Source of the DNA: the human T2T-CHM13v2.0 reference genome, Homo sapiens
Assembly (NCBI RefSeq): GCF_009914755.1
Contig: NC_060928.1
Length of the DNA stretch: 64,000 nt
Strand: one strand, 5' to 3'
Position 1 is the stretch's first letter. The number at the start of each line of letters is the position of its first letter. The notes under the pieces are model-generated. The model saw nothing but the letters and a program-made list of their open reading frames with translations. It was not told the origin of the DNA and made no database searches. Positions 11,203 to 26,789 of the stretch are shown here, one piece after another. Made by a program: the position numbers and the translations under genes.

Positions 11203-12530
11203 AGTCCATTCTTGTCAACTTGAACCCATACACATTTTCTGAGATCATACGTAATTTTCAAATAAAGACAATAATAAGGTCATAATTATGCCTAACATAA
11301 TACAACTGTCCTATGTACAACTGGAAATGCACCAATCCCCAACCTAGTAACTATTACATAAATTTAACAATACTTGAATTGCAGTCAATAAATCTTATGT
11401 CATATTATAAAGGAAAAAGGAAATAAAGTGAAGATATGTTCTTACTACAAATGTATACATGCACAAACACGTTTTTAACAAAAGAAGGAGGGAATACTTA
11501 TGACAATTACAGTCCTCATTTCTGCAGCTGGTCACATGGTCGTAGTTGGTATTGATGACTATCTTCTTCTACTACCCATTCTGTATTCCCTTTGCCTTCA
11601 GCAAGCACCTCAGCAGCTCATGGTTTTTTTTCCAAGTGGAGTGACCAAAACCTTCATTCCTGTAGGGTCTGGGTCATTTGTAGTCCTGCCTGGATTGGGC
11701 TGTTGTAGTTTCCCATTGACCTTAATCACAGGGCATGGTAATACTAAGAGATGCCCTAATGGATCTCCTGTACTCCATGAATACTCTTTCTTACCTCCAT
11801 TATGGAGTAGTAGACTGATTTCATCTTGATAGTCTGGGTCAGTCACCCCAGCCAACACTGTAACTCCCTTCTTAGCCTGTTGACTTAAAGCTAGGAGGAA
11901 CCCAAAGTGTCCAGGTGGCAATCTTAACTTCCAGTTTAATGGAATAATTGTTGTGATTCCTGGTAGCAGCGTTCCTCCCTCTGGAACTAAGACCTCTAGG
12001 CCAGCAGAATGTAATGTCATGGGAACAAAAAGCAAAAATTTTGCTAGTGGATCACTAGAGGTGATGGTGAGTGGTGCCACTTCCACTTCCATCCCTTGAT
12101 TCCTAGACCAGTGAATCCTGGCTATAGGAGAAACAATATCATATATTGGATGTTGATCCAGAGCATACACAACCTTCTAGAGAACTTTGCCCCAGCCCTG
12201 CAAAGTATTGTCACCTAGTTGGAATTGTAATTGTGACTTCAAAGGCCATTCCACCATTCTACCAATCCAGCTGCTTTATGATGATGGGGAACATGGAAAG
12301 ACCAGTGAATTCCATGAGCATGAGCCCACTGCCTCACTACTTTAGCTGTAAAGTGAGTGCCTTGGTCAGAGGCAACACTGTGTGGAATACCATGATGGTG
12401 GATAAGGCATTCCATGAGCCCACAGATGGTAGTCTTGGCAGAAGCATTGTGTGCAGGATAGGCAAACCCATATCCAGAGTAAGCGTCTATTCAGGCGAGG
12501 ACAAACCTCTGCCCTTTCAATGATGGAAGG
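11203..12530 (-). mobile_element. HERV-L internal 3' portion (integrase core, dUTPase, 3' region), truncated
   Basis: Minus strand translates to integrase-like IDAYSGYGFAYP...GIPHSVASDQGTHFTA and a dUTPase ORF. Confidence 0.9.
11610..12170 (-). pseudogene. HERV-L integrase C-terminus plus dUTPase reading frame (186 aa open)
   Basis: IPLNWKLRLPPGHFG...GVTVLAGVTDPDYQDEI resembles dUTPase motif III (GVIDxDYxGEI). Confidence 0.85.
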
Positions 12531-12866
12531 TTTTGGCCTCCCTCTCCCTGTGCAAACTGGTAAAAGGCCTTGGGATTTTTGAGCTATCCTTACCCGCCTC
12601 CCTACTTGTTTGATTTTGATACATGTTTTCTAATAACCTGGTTTTTCTCTTTTCACCTTCAGGCCAGCAAACTCCACACAGTCATGCAACCAGAGCCTCA
12701 GACAATGGCCCCTTCTGCTGAGGACCCTTAAATAAGCTTCTGAGGGAGACTGCTGTTTTCCCAAAACAGCGCCCCCTGTCAGCAGGAAGCAGTTAAGATC
12801 AGTCTTCGTCCTTATCCTTATCCTTATTCTAATGGCAGTTAGATGTACTTCTTCAGAGTGGCAGAA
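12531..12866 (+). mobile_element. ERV1 (MER61-type) internal 3' end, 5'-truncated
   Basis: cgccccctgtcagcaggaagcagttaaga and a decayed polypurine tract directly before the LTR. Confidence 0.65.
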
Positions 12867-13207
12867 TTAGGTAGCCAAGTAAGAAGCGCCCCCTGGCAGA
12901 ACCTCTGACCAGCTTGCCCACTGGGAGGAGTGCGCACTGGGGTGGAACGTTGGAAAGTTCACACCATTTGCATGGGGGAGGAGCCTGGCCTCTCCTGATG
13001 TGGGGCGGTAACCTGGGATTCAATCTGTGAGGTGGGAAGCCAGCTAGCGAGACTCTCACTTCGCCGAGTGTCTCTGTTTCCCTTTTTTCCTTTTCACCCA
13101 ATAAATTCCATTTTTCTCACCCTTCAAATTGTCTGCGGGGCTAATCTTTGATGGTCAAGTGACAAGAACCTGGCTTTTAGCTGAACTAAGGAGAAAGTCC
13201 TACAACA
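12867..13207 (+). mobile_element. MER61-type ERV1 LTR (3' LTR)
   Basis: gggggaggagcctggcc...aacctgggattcaa...cacccaataaa...ctgaactaaggagaaagtcctacaaca. Confidence 0.7.
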
Positions 13208-13836
13208 AACATTAGGATAGTGCTGAGGGGAAATGTGGGGTTGGAGCCCCCACACAGTCCCCACCAGGGCACTATCTAGTGAAGCTGTGGCAATGGGGCC
13301 ACTGCCTCAATAGCTAAGAATGGTAGAGCCATCAGTAGCTCGCACCCTGAGCCTGGAAAAGCCGCAGTCACTCAAAGCCAACATGTGAGACCAGCCACAG
13401 GGGCTGACCTGTGAAAAGTCACAGAGGCAGAGCTGCCCAAGGCCTTGTGAGCCCACCCTTTGTACCAGTGTGCCCTGGATGCAGAACATGGAGTTAACAA
13501 GATTATTTTGGACATTAAGTTTGAATGTTTGCCCTGCTGTGTTTCAGACTTGCATGGAGCCTGTTGCACCTTCCTTTTGGCCAATTTCTCCCTTTTGGAA
13601 TGGGAATGTTGACCCAATGATACTATTATACAATGATACTATTGTATTTTGGAAGTAAATAACTTGTTTTTGATCTGACAGGCTCATAGGTGGAAGGAAC
13701 TTACCCTGAGTCTCAAGTGAGGCTTTAGACTTTTGAGTTAATGCTGAAATGATTAAGACTTTGGGGGACTATTGCAAAGGGATGATGCATATTGCAATGT
13801 GAGGAGGACATAAGATTTGGGGGGCCAGAGGTTAAA
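13208..13836 (+). mobile_element. MST-int (MaLR internal) 3' portion
   Basis: gaggggaaatgtggggttggagcccccacac...gcagagctgcccaaggcctt...agatttggggggccagagg. Confidence 0.85.
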
Positions 13837-14255
13837 TGATATAGTTTGGATGTTTGTCCCCTCCAAATCTCATGTTGAAATATAATCCCCAATGTTGGAG
13901 GTGGGGCCTGGTGGGAGGTGTTTGGATCATGGGGGTGGATTCTCATGAATGTTTTGATGCCATCCTCACAATAATCAGTGAGTTCTCCCTCTATGAGTTC
14001 ACACCAGATCTGGTTATTTAAAAGAGCCTGGAACTTCCTCTTCACTCTCTTGCTTCCTCTCCCACCATGTGATACACAGCATCCCCCTTCGCCTTCTGCC
14101 ATGATTGTAAGCTTCCTGAGGCCCTTACCAGAAGCAGATGCTGGTGCCACACTTTCTGTACAACCTGCTGAGCTATGAGCCAAAATAAACCCCTTTTCTT
14201 TATAAATTCCTGAGACTCAGATATTCCTTTGTAGCAACGCAAAGAGACTAACACA
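13837..14255 (+). mobile_element. MSTB-type MaLR 3' LTR
   Basis: tgatatagtttggatgtttgtcccctccaaatctcatgttgaaa...aataaacc...gactaacaca. Confidence 0.9.
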
Positions 14256-16310
14256 ATATATAAATAAATGTATATTTGCATACATCTAAAACAATGCTTG
14301 AAATTATGTGGAGTTTCCATATTACTAACATCATATGGATTAGACTTGAAGATAAAAACCTGGATCATTGTTCTACACTAAATGTTACAAGCTAAGTTGA
14401 GCAATTACTAAACTGCCTCATCTATAAAACTAATGACCTCTCTTGGCTAGTGTATGAGTTCCTAGTGCAGTAACTCAAAACCCCTCTAGGTATTTTAAAC
14501 AGATTTAACAATGGGAATTAGGTGCTTAAAAAATCTTTAGAAAAACAAGCAGGCTTTGATTCTAAGCTTCCAAGAATGACCCCCGCAGAATATTACAGAT
14601 ATGACATACCTGTAGAGCTGCTAATTCTGACACAGGTGAACAATTAGGAAGCTGTTCATGAAAAATTGAATTTTATAATGCATCACCGTAAGTTGTGATA
14701 AAACAGGAAACCACCACTGCTCCAATAGCAAGTGTCTCTTGACAACCATACAGCCATTGTGTGGGCATTCTAATACTACCGCAGGAAAACTCACGTCAAT
14801 AACTCTGCTTGCCAGCAGAAAATGATCAAATTAAAAAGCAGTAGGAAAATGGCTTCTATCTTCCTTCTATCTCCCAAATCAGATTTCAGTGCATTTAATC
14901 ATGAAACCCCATTTGCATCAAAAACACCTTTTAAAAATATGCGTTATAGCTTTCCAGCCCCTACAGTACAGGAAGCCACAATAAGAGCTCATGAGAATAG
15001 ATGCTGATTTATCAGTTGACATTGCAAAGACATTTGGCTTAGTTGCTGCTGAGTCCACACATCAGTCACTTTTTAAGAAAATCTGAGGAGTTAAGTGGGA
15101 CCTTGAAGTATCTTAAGAATAGTAAACACAGCTTAGCAGCCTGCTCAGGGAGAAACATCGGAAACCAACACATTTGGGAGGTCAGTAGTGGTGACAAGTA
15201 CAAATATAATTTGTACTTTGTGTCTGCCAAATATAATTATGCCTGACTCTACCTAACCTCCAATGGCACATAATTGTAGCTATAATTTTAAGAAATCTCC
15301 AACGTCATGTTATACAAGTATATTTTTATTGTTATTCTTATTGATGATAGCATTATGCAAAATAGTATTTTAATTCTGTGATTCTCTATCTTGCTTTCAC
15401 TCTTTCTTTGAACTCCATCTTCCCTGATTTTTCTCCTCCTCCCTTCTTGCTTAGTTCTAATGCTTATTAAAATATTTACTTCAGTGTGAGTGTTATGTAG
15501 AAGACCATCTGTGAACGCTAGTGCCAGGGGCATAATACAAAAGTAATTTGGGGAGAAATAATATGAAGACCCTAAGAATACTAGCCTTGTGATTTCCTTC
15601 TCAGAGAGCATGAATCACTCATCTGCCTTTGCTCCTGATGCAATTCAATAAGCCAGAGTTTGTTATTGAATGTGTTCCACTAAACTTATAGAACACATTT
15701 GTTGAATAAGTGGTGACAGTTGGTGCTTCCTCCCATCAGCTATTTTGCCATATAATGAGCAAAGCTTTCCATATTGTGTGGCTTTCTATAAACATTAAAT
15801 TTTCTTCTGTTTGTATACATTGAGCCTGTGTGTAGATGACCGTATTTCCCTACTGACTCTGTGTTGTTTTGGAAGATGTTGCATTCCAAATGCATTGACT
15901 CTTCAAAACAGGAAGTCTTATTTTTGAAAGTGTAGCATTTTCTTTATAAATTAATACAATTTGGGGTCACCATTACAGTTTACTTTTGGGAGCTGTGAAG
16001 TAGCTATGACGGAATTTTTTTTCAATATCGAACTATGAACTTTATTTTAAATTTTCTGAAGATTAAATGGAGTGGTTTTGAAAGTAGAATTGTACTGATT
16101 TTTTCCTTGTATCTATTTCTTCCATTGCACTGGAGTTGAATTAGTTTATAAGCAATAACATAATGTAAAATTCATCCAGTGTTTCAGAATCCTACTTTTA
16201 CAGAGTCTAAAGCCATAGTTGTTTGATTGGGGAAGGGAAGTAGCACTATTTGATTCTGCCAAGCCGTAATTACACCAGTATTCCAAGTTCTTGACATCCA
16301 TATTTTTAAA

Positions 16311-16785
16311 AACAATAGCTTTATTGAGATGTAATTCACATACCATACAATTTACCCATTTAAATTAAATAATTTTGTGACTTTTAGTATACCCACAGTT
16401 GTGCAACCATCATCACTATTTAATTTTGGAGCAATTTCATTATCCTAAAAGCAAACCCCATACCCATTAACAGTCACTTCCACTATCTTTCTCCCCAACT
16501 CCTGGAAACCACTAATCTACTTTCAGTCTGTATAGATTTGCCTATTCTGAACATTTCATGTAAATATAATTATATAATAAGTGAACTTTTGTGTCTGTCT
16601 TCTTTCATTTAGCAGAATGTTCACAAAGTTCATCCAGTTGTAGCATGTATTAGTAGTTTATTCTTTTTATTGCTGAATAATATTCCTTTACATAGATATA
16701 CCATATTTTGTCTAGCCATTTATCATTTGGGTTGTTTCCATTTTTTAGCCATTATAAATAACACCACCATAAACATTCGTGTGAG
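16311..16785 (-). mobile_element. L1MB-type 3' end
   Basis: agctttattgagatgtaattcacataccatacaatttacccattt...gtgcaaccatcatcacta. Confidence 0.8.
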
Positions 16786-16934
16786 TCAAAGAGGATGGTA
16801 GAGGGATTTTGTTGTTATTATCAAGAGTCATCTTTTGTGCCCAAATGAAGTATTATTATTATTTTTTGTTTCCTACTCACTCCTTACCTGTAAACTTTCT
16901 TTCCTCCCTTCCTTTTTAAGTTTCTACCTTCTCT

Positions 16935-17465
16935 TCCTTCACTAAATATTTTTGAGCCTCTACTCAGTTCCCAGAACTATGCTAGAGACTAAAGATACAG
17001 AGGTGGACAAGGCACAGATCCAATCCCTGCTCTTATGAAGTTTTCATTCTAGTAAGTGTTAAACTAAATAAATATACATTTCCCATATGGTAGGCGCTAT
17101 GGGAATATATTTAGGAGTATTTGGAGGCTCCATGGAAGCATAGATGGGGATGGCATAACCCAGAGAATAATGTTGGAAAATGCATTCTGGGAAAAGTAGC
17201 CTCAAAGGTAAGGTTTTAACAATAAGTAGTAATTAATCAAGCTAAGAAAGGGAAAGGATGTCAAGGCAGAGTGAACAGCATTCAAAGAGGCCCAGCTGGT
17301 AAGAGAGCCAGATGCATTTAAAGGACTGGAAGACAGCCATGTGACTGGCTCGTACAATTTGAGGGAAGCAGAAGAGGGAGGAGAGGTAAGTAGGGTCCCT
17401 TTTATGTAGGATTGATGCCTTGTCTTTATTCCAAGTGCAATAAGGAGCCATTGAAGGGCTTCCCT
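16935..17465 (-). mobile_element. LINE-2 3' portion
   Basis: aaatatttttgagcctctact...ccctgctcttatgaagttttcattctagt...ggagccattgaaggg. Confidence 0.7.
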
Positions 17466-18231
17466 AGCTTCACCATGTTAGTAATCATGGAGATGTCTAC
17501 TTCTATCATCTAATACAGCTACTCCAGTTCCCTTCGTGTTTCACCAATTATTTTTCACAGATTCAAAAGTGACTCGTGCTCAGAAATAAACTGAGTCGTG
17601 TGTCTGAAATCCCCTAAAGCCTCCATCTATTCCATCCCCCACCTTTGGGAGCACTGTGTTCCCCAGAGCATTGTTCAGCCTCTGTGTGGGGTTGCTTCCA
17701 AGTATACTCCTAATTCTCAAAACATTGAACTCAACCCTTCCACCCAAGAACTCAAAGCATTGAACTCAAAGCACTGAACTCAAGTCTCTCAGAAAGCAAA
17801 GAGAATTCTCACTTCCCAATGTCACATTTTGTTCCCTGGGCATCAATGTTTATGTCCCAGTGTTTCACAGAATGTTCCTAAGTCCCCTGCCCCTCCCTAC
17901 TCTGTCCTGGATTCAGACCAAATTAAAAAGGCTGGATCTGGAAACCTTTCTGTGAGACCACGATTGTATTATTTTCTCCATGCTCACTCTCTCTCGCTGT
18001 CTCTCTCTCTCTCTCCATACTAACATCCCTGTGGGCTCTCCTTCTGTCTCCAATCTCTCACTCATATAAATTCATGCCAACCTACTCTTGGTGTTTCTAA
18101 TTCTCTAACATTTTCTTTTTTTTTAGTTTTATTATTATTATACTTTAAGTTTTAGGGTACATGTGCACAACGTGCAGGTTTGTTACATATGTATACATGT
18201 GCCATGTTGGTGTGCTGCACCCATTAACTCA

Positions 18232-20149
<1,918 letters not shown>

Positions 20150-20235
20150 TAAGTAACTTCAGCGAAGTCTCAGGATACAAAATCAATGTACAAAAATCAC
20201 AAGCATTCTTATACAACAATAACAGACAAACATAG

Positions 20236-20529
<294 letters not shown>

Positions 20530-20709
20530 TAATTCTCCAACATTTTCTCCCACTCCCTGTTCATACTAGTTTACCTGACTGACTTGAAATCCAACCAGTC
20601 AGCATAAGTTAGGGGCTAGTCTTTTTTTCCTATCCTAAATTTCTTGCTCCTTATTCTTTAAAGAGCAGACAGGGAGATTAACATCAAAATAACAACAAAA
20701 ACACACAAA

Positions 20710-21105
20710 TCACGTCATGTCATTTCTTGCATAAAGTCTCCAATATGGTTTTCCATTGTATTTAGAATAATGTCAAAATTCACTACAATGGTCTATAAAT
20801 TCATACACAATCTGGGATCTGCCTGCATTTCCAAATTCATCTTGTATCCAGCCACACTGATCAAGCGTGCTTACTCCTGAGGGCCTCTGCCCTTGCCATT
20901 ACCTCTGCCTAGATCTTGCTTCTCCTAGGTCAATACCTGACAGGTTTCTTTCTTTTCATTAAATTCTTTTCTGAAATATAATTACCTTCTCAGGTGACAC
21001 TTTTCCCACATCCCCCATAGCCCCCCACCTCTGAGCATTCACTACCTTTCCCCTTTACTTTATCTTCTACAAAGCACTCATCACTGTCTGATATTAAACT
21101 ATTTC
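20710..21105 (+). mobile_element. LINE-2 fragment
   Basis: tcatgtcatttcttgcataaagtctccaatatgg...agggcctctgcccttgccattacctctgcctag. Confidence 0.65.
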
Positions 21106-21144
21106 ATTTTTTTTTTTTTAGAGTGCAAAGATAGGAGTATAAAT

Positions 21145-21295
21145 AGATGTGAGGAAACTTTCAGGGGTGATAGATATGCTCATTATCTTGTGTTGATGGT
21201 TTCGTGGGTGTAGACATATACATAAACTGACAAAAGCAGACAATTTAAGCATGTGTAATTTGTTATATATCAATTATATGGCAACGACTCTATAA
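21145..21295 (+). mobile_element. Old L1M 3' terminal fragment
   Basis: gaggaaactttcaggggtgatagatatgctcattatcttg...tatcaattata. Confidence 0.65.
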
Positions 21296-22240
21296 AAATA
21301 ACAGCTCTTCTTACAAGCTTTGTCCTCGAGTGAGAGCAAAGATTTATTGACAATAGAGAAATAAACATTTAGAGAAAAAGTTCAGAAAATAAGGAAGTTT
21401 GTTTAAATTCCACAGAAAATGGAAGGATGAAGGAGGCACATTGAAAGAAGTGGGTCACAATCACAGGATATATACAGCAAAGTGGGACAAGAGCTAGGCT
21501 ATGATGATTGACCCAAAGCCCTGGATTTGCAGAGAAAACTAAGAAACATGGCTGTGAGACCTGATGGTATTAGCCTTGATGGCCTCGTAGAGAAAGCATG
21601 ATTACTAAAGGAATTCAAACACCAAATCCTTACATATGTTTCCTCAGAAAATTTATCTTCCTCAACTCCTTCTGCCAGAAATCTTGTTTTGGGTATGGAA
21701 CTTTTTTGTTGTAGTCGTTATTTTGAGGCTGTGTGTGGAGAAGCATCATGTCTGAAGCAGTAGTTTACTTTTTCATCTGTCAATTATTTTGCTTCCTTTT
21801 GTACTTAAAAAGAAAAATACACAGTGACCCTGGAGTCTACAGGCCATTAATTCCAGGTAGTTATCAAAGTTAGCACTTTTCCTACAGGAACAATATAGCA
21901 GAGAGACATTCAATCAATAAATTGCATTTACTTCATCCTTCTTGCTCTGATGCTTAAGGAGCAAAATGCTTGCTCTTTATCCATTTGTGATACCAACACT
22001 ACCCTTCAGAAAGCCCGGAACTGTGAAAATGTCCTATTCAAGATGTCATGTACTTTAGTTTAATTGCTTTGATGAGAAATCTAAGATATCTATGTGTATA
22101 TCAGATGAAGGTATTCAAGGTTCTTTAAGACAGCACCCCAAAATTTCCAGCATCTACCTTTCTTTCATCTTCAGTGAAGTAGAGTTAAAATAACCAAAAA
22201 CTATCCTTTTCAACTCAGGACAACTTACAATAATAACATA

Positions 22241-22657
22241 TGTCTCAGTGTCTTTACTTGGGTTCTCCCTGAAGTATACCCTAAGACAAAAATTCAGGTG
22301 AATTTAGGAAGTGCATAGGACAATGTCCATGGAGTGAGAAGTGACACAGGATGAAGAAGGCAGCCAATAAATGATGTATAACTAAGCCAACCACTGCAGT
22401 GGGTATCCCATGTAGAAACTCTCAGAAACACACCACAAAACTACCCAATAAGAGAGGCAAGAGGGCTGGGATACATACACCACTCCTATCAGTCAGTGAT
22501 TGAGAGCTGCTAGGGTGAGGGTATTAATTTCCTAGCACTTTTAGTCTATCTCACACATGGGCACAGAGATGATGGTACTGGCAGATAAAATTTATCTGGA
22601 CCACATTGAAGTGAGAGCGTCTAAGGAATATGGGCAGAATCTTGACAGCATTGCTAT
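22241..22657 (-). mobile_element. Old ERVL LTR (LTR40/LTR41/LTR16 group)
   Basis: gggttctccctgaagtataccctaagacaa...ggcagccaataaa...tcagtgattgagagctgct. Confidence 0.55.
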
Positions 22658-22899
22658 TCCTGGTAATGGTGTTTGTCAACAGAGGATTGGGAAAGAGCCA
22701 TAATGAGAAGTCTCTTCTTTCCTAATATTGGTGTCATTTGATTAAATGATATTAAATGTCAAAGTCTAAATCTGGGGTAGGAAAGAAGGATGGGGAGGAG
22801 TGAGCACTAATAATAGTACTGGAAATGAAGAATTATGTATAGTTGAGGTCATACTGGATTGGAGTGAACTCTAAACACACTGACTTGTGTTATTTCGGG

Positions 22900-23177
22900 G
22901 GCAGTGTGAAGACACAGGAATACGACATAACAACAGATACAGAGCCTGGAGTAATGACAGTACAAGTCAAGGAACACCAAGGATCACCAGCTGCCACCCA
23001 ACCCAGGAAGAGGTAAGGAAGGATCATCCTCTCCTAGAGTCTTCAGAGAGAGCATGGCCTTGTTGACACTTTGATTTCAGATTTCTGGCCTCCAGAACTG
23101 TGGAAGAATAAATTTCTGTTGCTTTAAACCACGCACTCAATAGCAATCTGTTATGGCAGCCATAGGAAACTTATACT
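22900..23177 (+). mobile_element. MLT1B/C MaLR LTR 3' half
   Basis: ctggcctccagaactgtggaagaataaatttctgttgctttaaacc...ttatggcagccataggaaacttatac. Confidence 0.8.
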
Positions 23178-23559
23178 TGCCCTAACTCCTAGGAGGCAGC
23201 CTTCTGTGGATCAAATAAAAGCCTGAAGTTTCCACCAAGACCAATCTACCTATCTGTCCCCCTTCCCAGCACCATATGGCTGCTGAAATCTTTGCTCAGG
23301 TCCTTAGCCTCCTAGCTACTGCTTTGTCCTGCATAAGTTAGGAGTTGCCAGATGCCTTGAGAGGAGATCACGCAAATATTTGGAGCTCACCTGTGGTTCT
23401 CTCCTCTTTAGGATTTTGCTCCTCAAGTCATTGTACTTTGGTACCTACGAATTTCAACCTTGTCCTTCATACCCCGTGGGTGTGAAGATTCCTGGCAGGA
23501 CTCTATTTCCACGCTGCAACTAGGTAAATAAATGTTCCCAGGAAAAACCTTTAGAGTTT

Positions 23560-24600
23560 AGTATAGAATTATAGATTCAAAAGCAGTTTTCCTTGAAACT
23601 TTGAAAGCATTGGTTCATTATTTTTTAGTATCCTGGGTTGCTGATGTGACATTTTATTAAAAGCAAAACAAAACAAAACAAAAGCTCTGCTCATTACTCC
23701 GCCACCCGCCATACTCAGATTCTTATTGTTTGCCCTGATTTTCTGAAATTTATAAGGTTGTGTCCAAGAATTGCAGTTGTTTTTTTTTTATTATTTATCC
23801 TGTTCAGCACTTGGTGGACTTTTCAGCAGAGAAACTTCAAATCATTTTTTTTGATTACATGAATTTTCTTCTATTTCTCTTATTAGTTCTTCCAACTAAT
23901 TTTCTATCATTGATTTAAAAGATAGACCTCCTAGACTGATCATCTATGGCTCTCTCAGTAATTTTTCTCATATTTTTCATCTGTTAGTCTTTTGTTCCAT
24001 ATTAAAAAATGACTTCTTCAAATTTTATTTTAGGTCCTTCTATACCTACATATACCAGTATCTATTTATATTCCTATAGAATATATTTTAATTCAGAGTA
24101 CCTTATTTTTCCAGTTTCCAAAAACACATTCTTATTTTCTGATTGATCTTTCCTCACAGCAGGCTGTTTCGCTATTTCTCAAATGTCTCGGAGGTAAAAT
24201 TCTGGAAGAATAAGTAAGATACAGGTAGTAGTGATCCTCTCTGAGAAGGAGAACTGGGGCCACGATATACAATAGGAACTACTATATAATTTGATTTTTT
24301 TACTATACACATACATTTGTACATTACTTAATTTTTAAAAGTTTGCCAATAAATATCTCTCTGAAAATATAAAAATTCAGATTAATTATTTTGTCCTTTG
24401 ATCTTATCTTTTGGTGCTGTGGTCAGGCATTTATTTGTTCATTTTTGTTTTTCTCTCTCTTGGGCTGCTGATTTTCCTCAAACATTTGATATCCCTTGAT
24501 AGTCTGTTCACAGATACAAATGAGAACTATGTTAATTAAGATACATAGATGATGTGGGTTTCGTCTGTCATTGTTTAAACTCATTCTCCCCTACAGTATG
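23560..24600 (-). mobile_element. Ancient L1/HAL1 ORF1-region mosaic
   Basis: T-rich sequence with gttttccttgaaactttgaaagcattg and gacctcctagactgatc, typical of antisense old L1 ORF1. Confidence 0.4.
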
Positions 24601-24704
24601 CTTCCTTGCATGGGAGTGGGACTGCGCGCTCTGAGCACATGGGTAGGGTCTTTCTTTAGGATGTGTAGGTGGGGAAAAAATCAGAGGAGATGGAGACCCT
24701 TCCA

Positions 24705-25505
<801 letters not shown>

Positions 25506-25954
25506 TTCTTCCTATCCACACCTAAATACCAAATAAAGAAAATGTTATTATTCTGGTGTGCTAATGCTCATGCCAGAAGCCCTAGAATCCAGAAGACGTA
25601 TCTTTCAATCTTTTTGGAAATCAGTTTCCTTGCCATATTGCCAATTACTCTGTATATTCCAGGGAGGAGAAGGGGATGAACTTTCTCAATTTGTCACCCC
25701 ATTTTTCTGCCCCATGCTTAACCCCTATTCTTACTACCTGCTGACGCAATTTGACAACCATTACTAGAACCACATACGGAAAACAGCAGCCATGGCTATA
25801 CCCAAGCTGCCCTTAGAATCCTCTATTCACTGCAGCCCTTGGGTATGTGCATTCACAGTAGAGATTTTCTTCTGCCTTTAATTAGTGTCTCAACTCTGCT
25901 AGAAATTCACTCTTTTATGTGTCTCTTTTTTCTGGTCATTTTTAATTTAATCAT

Positions 25955-26255
25955 TATAGTGAAATATATCATGCATGGAGAAAAGGGTATAAAATATTTA
26001 TGTACAGTTACAGAATAATGGCAAAATTAATACTCATGAAGCTGTCACCCAAGTGAAAAGGATTACCCAATGCCTTAGAAGTTCCCCATGTGCCTCTTCT
26101 CAAATGTATTCCCCAGCACTCCCAGGAAATGACCACTGACAAGACTTTATCTTAATTATTTCTTTGCTTTTACTTGTAGTTTTACTAGCCATGTAAGAAT
26201 CTCTAATCTTTAGTTTTTTAAAAAAATGAATAGAAAGTATAAACTGAGCTGTATG
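25955..26255 (-). mobile_element. L1ME-type 3' fragment
   Basis: ttatagtgaaatatatcatgcatggagaaaag...gtcacccaag...gaccactgac. Confidence 0.5.
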
Positions 26256-26789
26256 AGGAAATGGCAATATTGCCACCATCAGATGAAAGCTCCCAGGAGA
26301 AAGATACACTGGACAGCCTTGGGTCACAGTGAAATTTCACCTTCACTGAGAGTTTATCCATCCTTTCTGGGGAATTAAATGGGCAGTGTACAAGAGGGTC
26401 CTGGGAACCACTGGGCTTCTGCAGTTGGGTTGTCTGATAGAACTATATTATGAACTAGGCATGAGACACTGGCATAAAGATAGTCAGAAATAGTAGATTT
26501 CTCAATTTTTTTTCTTCTATGTTCGTAATGCCAAATTTTGTTTCCCAGGGGAAGTTTAGGACAAAACACTTCTGTGTGGTGATATGTGGAAAGGTCCTTA
26601 GCTGATCCAAGCAGTGGGACATGAAGGGGAGAGTAGAAATGTCACCAGCACCGGTAAGGACATGCCTAGTACAGATGAAAAATGGGATCAAGATCATATG
26701 ACCTTTGTCCTCACCTTTAAAAGATAACTCAATGACAGTAGATATATCATTGATGACAGCCCTCTGATGACAGCCCTCAAAAAATGCAT

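Noticed and set aside
12905-12925. p53 element in the MER61-type LTR
   Set aside because: Only one imperfect half-site (cagcttgccc) is visible
14450-15010. Possible ancient LTR
   Set aside because: Resemblance too weak to assign a family or boundaries
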